DNA of 17,162 bases from assembly GCA_003345595.1 (NCBI GenBank), contig PRDI01000126.1:1-17162 (forward strand), given 5' to 3'. The DNA comes from Candidatus Thorarchaeota archaeon (GTDB lineage Archaea > Asgardarchaeota > Thorarchaeia > Thorarchaeales > Thorarchaeaceae). Shown piece by piece: positions 15,060 to 17,162 of the stretch. A model generated the notes under the pieces. That model searched no databases. It was not told where the DNA came from and saw only the letters and a program-made list of their open reading frames with translations. Both the position numbers and the translations under genes were made by a program. Each line of letters begins with the position of its first letter. Positions within the stretch are counted from its first letter, which is position 1.

Positions 15060-15929
15060 TCAGATGCTCCAGCGCCCATGAGAGCGTATCGCCTCATCGC
15101 TTGCAGAGGGGGGCGCGTAATGTCCCAATTGAATGGGTATGACAATCGACTTGTCCAGTGCCCAAGGAATGTCGAGCGTCACTTTGACCGACGATCTATT
15201 GCTTACGATCTCTCCCTCGAAGCTAATCGGCATCGACTCATGAGTCTTGAGCTCTACATTCATCCAGAGGTCTCTTCCAATCTCAGGTTCTTCCATGTAT
15301 TCCTTGACGAGCGTCCACGTTCTCTTGCTTTTTTGGCGCTTGGCAATAGCGTGCTCTTCTGTCCGTAGTTCTGCCCGAATTCCACGTATCTTTACATCAC
15401 GAGCAACCCGGAATCTGAGCTTGACTGAGTTTCCTAAGCAGACACAGTCCTCTTCCACTTCAGCATCAAATTCAGGGTATCCATCCTTGTCGATGGACTG
15501 ACTTCGGGACTGAGATGTGGGCGGTTTCATTGGCCGCCTGACCTCGATTGTGGTCTTTCTCTTGGGGTCCCTTGCCCAAGAAACTTCAACCACTCCGGTC
15601 AAGGCATACTCGACCCATCCGCATTTCCCGGAATAGCTGCAGGGAACATCGTCAGGCACTAGGAAACGAAATGGGAATTGGGTTTCTCCCGGTGCCATGA
15701 CACCGTTCCCCTCGAAATCCCGCCTGTCTGTGAAGTACACTCGTTCATCTCTGTACGTGGTCGAACTGTCACCACTGCTGACCACGATCTCCGTGCGTTC
15801 CCCACCAGTGAAGGCAAGGTAGATGGCATTGTATTGAAACTCCTTGTCGCATCTTACCACCAACTGACCTTCGACAGCCTCTCCTGGGATGTACTGGCTC
15901 TTTGCTGTGGCTATATCCACCTCTCTCAA
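15060..15929 (-). CDS. Arrestin-fold protein (arrestin N + C domains; alpha-arrestin/Vps26/SpoOM clan)
   Basis: YIPGEAVEG, FPFRFLVPDDVPCSYSGKCGWVEY...VSW (arrestin-N pattern) and PISFEGEIV...VKVTLDIPWALD...IPIQLG (arrestin-C pattern). Confidence 0.8.
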   Translation of the reverse strand: MREVDIATAKSQYIPGEAVEGQLVVRCDKEFQYNAIYLAFTGGERTEIVVSSGDSSTTYRDERVYFTDRRDFEGNGVMAPGETQFPFRFLVPDDVPCSYSGKCGWVEYALTGVVEVSWARDPKRKTTIEVRRPMKPPTSQSRSQSIDKDGYPEFDAEVEEDCVCLGNSVKLRFRVARDVKIRGIRAELRTEEHAIAKRQKSKRTWTLVKEYMEEPEIGRDLWMNVELKTHESMPISFEGEIVSNRSSVKVTLDIPWALDKSIVIPIQLGHYAPPSASDEAIRSHGRWSI

Positions 15930-16135
15930 TCAATGGCGCTCTCCTGCTGCACAGACAAGTCTCACGTGGGTGCTTTTTACGGTTTGTACCGCCCTAGTCA
16001 ATGCACAGTCTGGCTAACGACATCCGGAGGCGTGACATCTTTCTCGAGTAGAACCAACCCTGTCATGACATCAGGCTAAGATTAATGAGCGCGGCAAGAT
16101 TGAATAACTCTGCCATGGTTTCTGCCAAGATTCCA

Positions 16136-16516
16136 TCACGCCTTCAATCGCAATGCTGACCAAGTGTCATCAATGGACACCAAGCCAACAGCAGTCAATC
16201 CTACTGTTGTGGCGTAGGCGCGTATCGTGTCTCTGTTGATGTCGGTGCTTACTCGAGATGTACCTTTTGGATAGCTGAGCCATAGTAGCCCCTTGGGCCC
16301 AAGATGTTTCTTCATGAGTGGCAGGACCCGTTCCAGATCGCGACGTGTCGTAACGAACACTTGGATCAGATCATACTCACCATCAAGAAACTCCGACACC
16401 TTGACGCCGTTCGGAAGCTTACCGAGAGATTCCAGGTACCCCTCTGGTCCACCCGTGATGAGAACCCTGTAGTTCGGTCTCATCCACAGCTTTTGTGAGA
16501 GTGGCTTCGTAGACAT
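16136..16516 (-). CDS. DUF3052-like hypothetical protein
   Basis: LWLSYPKGTS..TDINRD and VSIDDTWSALR motifs. Starts 15 nt after the SDR stop. Confidence 0.75.
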   Translation of the reverse strand: MSTKPLSQKLWMRPNYRVLITGGPEGYLESLGKLPNGVKVSEFLDGEYDLIQVFVTTRRDLERVLPLMKKHLGPKGLLWLSYPKGTSRVSTDINRDTIRAYATTVGLTAVGLVSIDDTWSALRLKA

Positions 16517-16531
16517 CCTGATTCGTCCAGA

Positions 16532-17161
16532 TTACGGAATATTTCCATGACCTAAAACATTGTGTAAACCCCCTGGAACGTCAGGTCCACTTGATGAACT
16601 GGCACCCACCATGGCTTGTTGAGCGCTGGGATATGCAGGTCGTCCTATCTCAACTTCAAGCTTGGCCAGGATTGTTTCCGTGACAAGCCAAAGCTGTTTC
16701 TGCTTCTTGAGGTCATAACTCTCCTTGGAAGATTCCTTCGGCCGGCTCCGATAGAAGTACTTGCCCGACACTGTCTTCACCTCGGGAGACGAGGCAAGAT
16801 AGATTGAGGTCTGAGCACCTTCGCGGGGACTTATCATGAAAGGTCTGCCAAGCCGAAACAGGAATCTGACAGCACGCGTAGAGTTACCTGCAAAGTTGGT
16901 TGCCACGACTCCGGGATGCAGCGCATTAACAGTGACGCCCGTGCCTGTAAGCCTTCTGGCCAGCTCGTACGTAAACATCAGGTTCATCAGTTTCGCGCTG
17001 TCATACGCCCTCAAGGCTCCATATCGCTTCTCACTCTGAAGGTTGTCCATGTCGACCGTACCCATGGTGTGCGCAGTGGAGCTCACAATGATCACTCTCG
17101 ACGGGGCTGACGCGAGCAGCATGTCCATTAGCTCGTGGGTCAGGAGAAATGGCGCGAGATA
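16532..17161 (-). CDS. Short-chain dehydrogenase/reductase, retinol-dehydrogenase-like (partial, 5' end outside the window)
   Basis: Frame open to the right edge (YLAPFLLTHELM...). RVIIVSS, catalytic YDSAK (YxxxK), NALHPGVVATN, EGAQTSIYLA, SGKYF. Confidence 0.9.
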   Translation of the reverse strand, partial: YLAPFLLTHELMDMLLASAPSRVIIVSSTAHTMGTVDMDNLQSEKRYGALRAYDSAKLMNLMFTYELARRLTGTGVTVNALHPGVVATNFAGNSTRAVRFLFRLGRPFMISPREGAQTSIYLASSPEVKTVSGKYFYRSRPKESSKESYDLKKQKQLWLVTETILAKLEVEIGRPAYPSAQQAMVGASSSSGPDVPGGLHNVLGHGNIP

Positions 17162-17162
17162 A

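Noticed and set aside
14830-16099. 12-bp direct repeat AGCGCGGCAAGA (14830-14841, 16088-16099) flanking the arrestin gene as a target-site duplication
   Set aside because: Several 12-mer repeats are expected by chance in 17 kb, and there is no transposase, integrase or terminal inverted repeat.

Overview
Archaeal-type window, probably from an Asgard (Thorarchaeota-like) genome. This is an inference from GGAGG/GGTGA Shine-Dalgarno (SD) motifs, TTG/GTG starts, a two-domain arrestin-fold gene and a membrane-anchored winged-helix regulator. The left half holds a FixC/FixX-like flavoprotein-ferredoxin pair and a loose arginine/polyamine cluster: a DDAH-family amidinohydrolase, a class-III aminotransferase coupled to a kinase-fold DUF6206-like gene, and a bacterial-type SpeA arginine decarboxylase. 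The right half holds an orphan HEPN/DUF86 gene with a degenerate catalytic motif, a large membrane protein plus membrane wHTH regulator, a YkgJ-type Cys-cluster protein, a Zn-ribbon/Pro-rich/coiled-coil protein, an arrestin-fold protein, a DUF3052-like protein and a partial SDR. The most striking signal is a 44-codon ORF (3665-3799) encoding three identical copies of FPADPPNEPW whose DNA copies differ only at synonymous positions. It has an SD-covering inverted repeat upstream and a strong hairpin downstream, and lies near a degenerate ArsR-like ORF and a 12-2-12 palindrome. It is a candidate multi-core peptide precursor or a proline-stalling (aIF5A/polyamine-sensing) regulatory peptide. All family assignments come from motifs read by eye; no database searches were run.
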